DNA of 64,000 nucleotides from Microthyrium microscopicum (Eukaryota): NCBI GenBank assembly GCA_010405405.1, contig MU004231.1, positions 4,018,884 to 4,082,883 of the forward strand, read 5' to 3'. Shown piece by piece: positions 60,335 to 64,000 of this stretch (position 1 is its first letter; each line of letters starts with the position of its first letter). The notes under the pieces were generated by a model. It saw only the letters and a program-made list of their open reading frames with translations, ran no database searches and was not told where the DNA came from. The position numbers and the translations under genes were made by a program.

Positions 60335-63250
60335 ATGTCGTTTAAGCTACCATTCGGGATGCAACGCCCATTACTACGAGTTGGCTTGAGTTGGCCAGTG
60401 TTTCTACTAATGATAAAGGGCGCCCTTCCACCAACAATGGCTATTGCTATGTATAGGAACCCAGCAGTCGCTACTGTCTACGGAAACTTTGGCTTCCTCA
60501 TCGCACTTGCCAGTATACTCTCACTTCATCTTCAACCAAGAGCTCGCTTTCAGCAGAATATAGTCACAGCTGTGGTAAGTGGGCATTAGTCTAGTGAGAT
60601 TAAGGCACAAAGGCTGACTTCAATGAAAAGTTCTTGACATGCCTGGCAGCAGCAGTCGCTCTGCTTTCTCATTTCGCCGGACTTCAAGCTCGGAAGCATA
60701 CGAAGCCTTCTGGAGCGGCGCCCGGAGCTTATAACTCATCAGCATCTGTTGTCAATGCCATTTTTCTTTGCCTTATCGTTTGGACTGTCAGTGCTCTGAG
60801 ATCAGCATACCCGCAGCTCACGATTCCTCTCCTGATAAGCACAATTTTTTCGATAGTTGCAATATCGAATGGCCCAGAACTGATGTTAGGGCACAACAGC
60901 CTGATCTTATGCAAACAACTGCTATACTGTTATCTTACTGGTTTCGGCATTTCGACAGTTGTGTCCCTGGCGATATTCCCAAGGACCTCTCGCTCAGTCT
61001 TCATCGAGAGCTCCCACCAATTCGCAGTTTTATGCCGAGATCTTCTCCAGAAAGAGCAAGATTTGCTTCGGTCTTCAGGTGAAAGCGCAAAATCTACAAA
61101 AGAAGACAATTCCGAGCGCAATGTTCGAGGAGGTGCTGTGAAATCATTGGCCATGAGAATGATCAGTTCAATGTCCAGCTTAAGAGACGAACTACACTTT
61201 GCAAGTCAAGAGATTGCTATTGGCAGGCATGACTATGCCGATCTGGAAAATCTACTTCATCGCCTAGAGAGCCTGATGGTCCCGATTCTTGGACTTTCCA
61301 AAATGTCTGACTTCACTCTCGTTTCTGAGCCATTCAGTGAGCGATTAACTTCCCCGGCTGGGCTTACAGATGCCACGGTGCTCGTCTTCAAGAATGCAAT
61401 AAAACATTTGGACAGCGCATTGCAGCTCGTCCGCTCCTTACCGAACGCTAATGGTCTATTCTCTCCTTCTGGCATCATCATTCCTGGAAACGATGAAAAC
61501 AAAGACTACGATGAAAAGCTAGAGCATATTCTAGTACACCTGAACGCTGAGATGGCATCGAAAATAAACAGGAAGAATGATGAGCTCCCTGAAGACAACA
61601 TCGCTACCCTGGATCCTGTGATATTGAAAGCGGTAGAAGAAAATCTTTACGTTATCCGCCTGCTAAAGTCGGCCTCAGTAGCTTCTGATGAACTTTTGCA
61701 ATTTAGCAGAGCATTACTTCTGAAAAGTACTACTGAAGGATGGCATTTCATGTATCCGCGATTTGCCCATATGCCCATTTTCAGAATTTTCCTAAGCCGT
61801 CACCAGATCTACGAAAGAGAACTATTAAACCCCGAACACCTTGCGCCGCGAAATAAACTCGAAAGATTGGGCAATAGGCTTCGCAAAGTGCTCTCTATGC
61901 TAGGCTCTGACTCCTCGAAATTTGGCCTACGAGTGCTAGCGGCTACGATGAGCATTGGCATCATGGCGTTTTTGGAATCTACACAGCACTTCTTCGTCAG
62001 GTATCGTGTGCTCTGGGCTGTGGTCATGACCCCGATTTCCATGAGTCCAACGGCGGGCACAGCTATCTACGGTTTCATTGGAAGGGCAGCAGGTGTTACT
62101 GCTGCAATGCTGTTGGCTTATGTCAATTGGTATATCGTTGATGGAAAGACTGCTGGAGTCGTAGTGATGTTTTTCTTTTCCATGATGCTGTATTACTTCT
62201 TGTTGCTGAAATATCCTCGTTTCATTGTCTTGTTCATCTTGGCTGCTGCAAATCACGTCCTGATCATTGGTAAGTAATATGTCAATTGACAGTGAACTAT
62301 GAAATACTTACATATCCCAGGCTATGAGCTTCAGCTATCGGTCAAAGTTCCAACACCAATCGTATCTCCTCAGCGATACTTTCCTGTGTATACCTTAGCT
62401 CCTTACCGTCTGCTTTGCGTCCTTGCAGGGTTGTTCGTCGCTTTTATCTTCACTATATTTCCTGTCCAAATATCAGAACACAAAATCCTGCGCAAGGACG
62501 TGGGAACTGCCCTTGCATTACTCACTACTTACTCCAGCTCCGTTTCTGCAAGTCTGGATCAACGAATTAGAGGCTTAGAAGGAGATATCAGTCAAGCATC
62601 TAGTCCCGGGAGAATACTGAAAGCGACGAGGAATGAAATCTTGTTCAAAGAGCTTGCTCTGTTGAGTAAAATGCGACAGATCTCAGCCATGATTCCTTGG
62701 GAGATTGAATTAGGAGGGCGCTTTCCCAAGAGCTCTTATGATCAACTTGTGGATGCAATTCAAAGGTGAGAATCCAAATCACCCTAAGGAAACGTATGAT
62801 TTCTGACAATGCTGCAGTTCGATAGCATCTCTCAGCGTGATTGCCTACGTCTCTCAAACATTTCCCAATTTCGAGCATCTCCCGTCCAATGAGTTCGTCC
62901 GAGATCATTATACTTCGTCACTGCTCCATCCCACTTCGAACAAAATGGCAACGACGCTTTCGCTCTTAGCTTTGTCGCTATCAACGGGCACCCAGTTGAC
63001 TCCAGGCTTTCCAAGTCCTTTCAAGACACGTCGACAGCGATTTCTTGTTCAGGGAGTCGACAAACTACGCGCACAAATATTGGCTGACCCTAACTTTGAA
63101 GCATTTCTTGTCGTTGATGTTGCTAGTGCCCAGCTACTTCATTCGTTGGAACTTTTGGTCGAAACTACGAGAGAGCTTGTCGGCACGATGAACTTCAGCG
63201 AGGAGGAAAGTTTGGGCACTACTAATCAAGCCTTGGTGGATTCAGTGTGA
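60335..63250 (+). CDS. ArAE/FUSC-like (ER 6TM, BRE4-like) multi-pass membrane transporter
   Basis: MIKGALPP..A.A.Y, QPRARF.QN, YNSSASVV, FP.TSR, S.FGLRV..AT, FF..YR..W, WYIVDGK..GV and IIGYELQ...LAPYRL..V..G. Introns 60575-60630, 62270-62320 and 62766-62817. Confidence 0.85.
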
Positions 63251-64000
63251 ACAAAGCAACTCAAGGCGATGAGAGGATCCATTCTGTTGTGTTTGAACCA
63301 AACTCAGTAGAATAAAAAATGAGGTTAGTTTCACCAGGCTGTGAGAACCCGATGGGTTTTATTGATAATATAATTCGTATATGACGCATTTCAAATGGGC
63401 CAATGGGTTAAGAATCAAACCAGCATCTTGCACACCAAAACATAGAAGTAGGTAATTCGCATTAGGAGTTGAGAAGCTATTGTCACTTATCTCACTGTAT
63501 TAAGCAATTGTATCTGTCGCATTGCTCGGATTCAGCCGATTGATTGATCTCTGTAAGATTAGTGTTGAGACTGCAGTGTTATTGGTTCATATTGCAGAGC
63601 CTCAGGGGTGTATATATTGACTTGAATCCTACTGAGTGCCATGAAACCAATGTCAGTCCTATTTAGGTTCGGAATGATAACTTTCACGTTGAATTAAATA
63701 GTAAGACCATATTTTCCCTGCTAGTTAGTATCGTAGAAGTAAGAAAGAGCAGCTTCGTCAATTAGAATCTTGAGAATCCGATCGCTTTCCTCGCATACTG
63801 AGTCTTATAGTATTGAGGCAAGTCGCTTGGAAGTTGAAGGTCAGCCTTAAGCGATAGGAATAATGTAATCGTACGTACAACTCATCGCCTCCATAAAGCC
63901 CCTGTACTGTCTGCTTGCTTAGAGATAAAGTCATATTATGGGAACAAATTTAATTAAGTTCTCGAAGATTTCAGGCTAACTCGAAAGATATGATGTGCTA

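Overview
Fungal (Pezizomycotina-type) genomic DNA with short GT-AG introns, CTRAC branch sites and strong RIP signatures. It holds about 20 protein-coding genes: a partial GH55 glucanase, a small secreted protein, an FAD monooxygenase fused to an ADC-like domain, XRN1, mitochondrial bL27, an amidase, two Zn2Cys6 TFs, an NmrA-like protein, an orphan, btgC, a tandem double-HET protein head-to-head with a NACHT (NLR-like) gene, a MARVEL protein, an FMN-less diflavin-type reductase, URC4/Urg3, a CorA-like protein, an isochorismatase and an ArAE/FUSC-like transporter. It also has two pseudogenes or fragments and several TE relics. Three structures stand out. (1) A 10.3-kb RIP-destroyed Copia element (156-bp LTRs, matching CTTTC TSD) encloses an intact, un-RIPed, 6-exon CorA-like gene in antisense orientation. 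(2) A candidate immune locus pairs a HET-HET gene divergently with a NACHT gene; it has a shared TGAGGC promoter motif and related repeats bracketing the NACHT gene. (3) A perfect 48-bp inverted repeat lies just after the NmrA stop. Exon structures and family calls were made by eye; no database searches were run.
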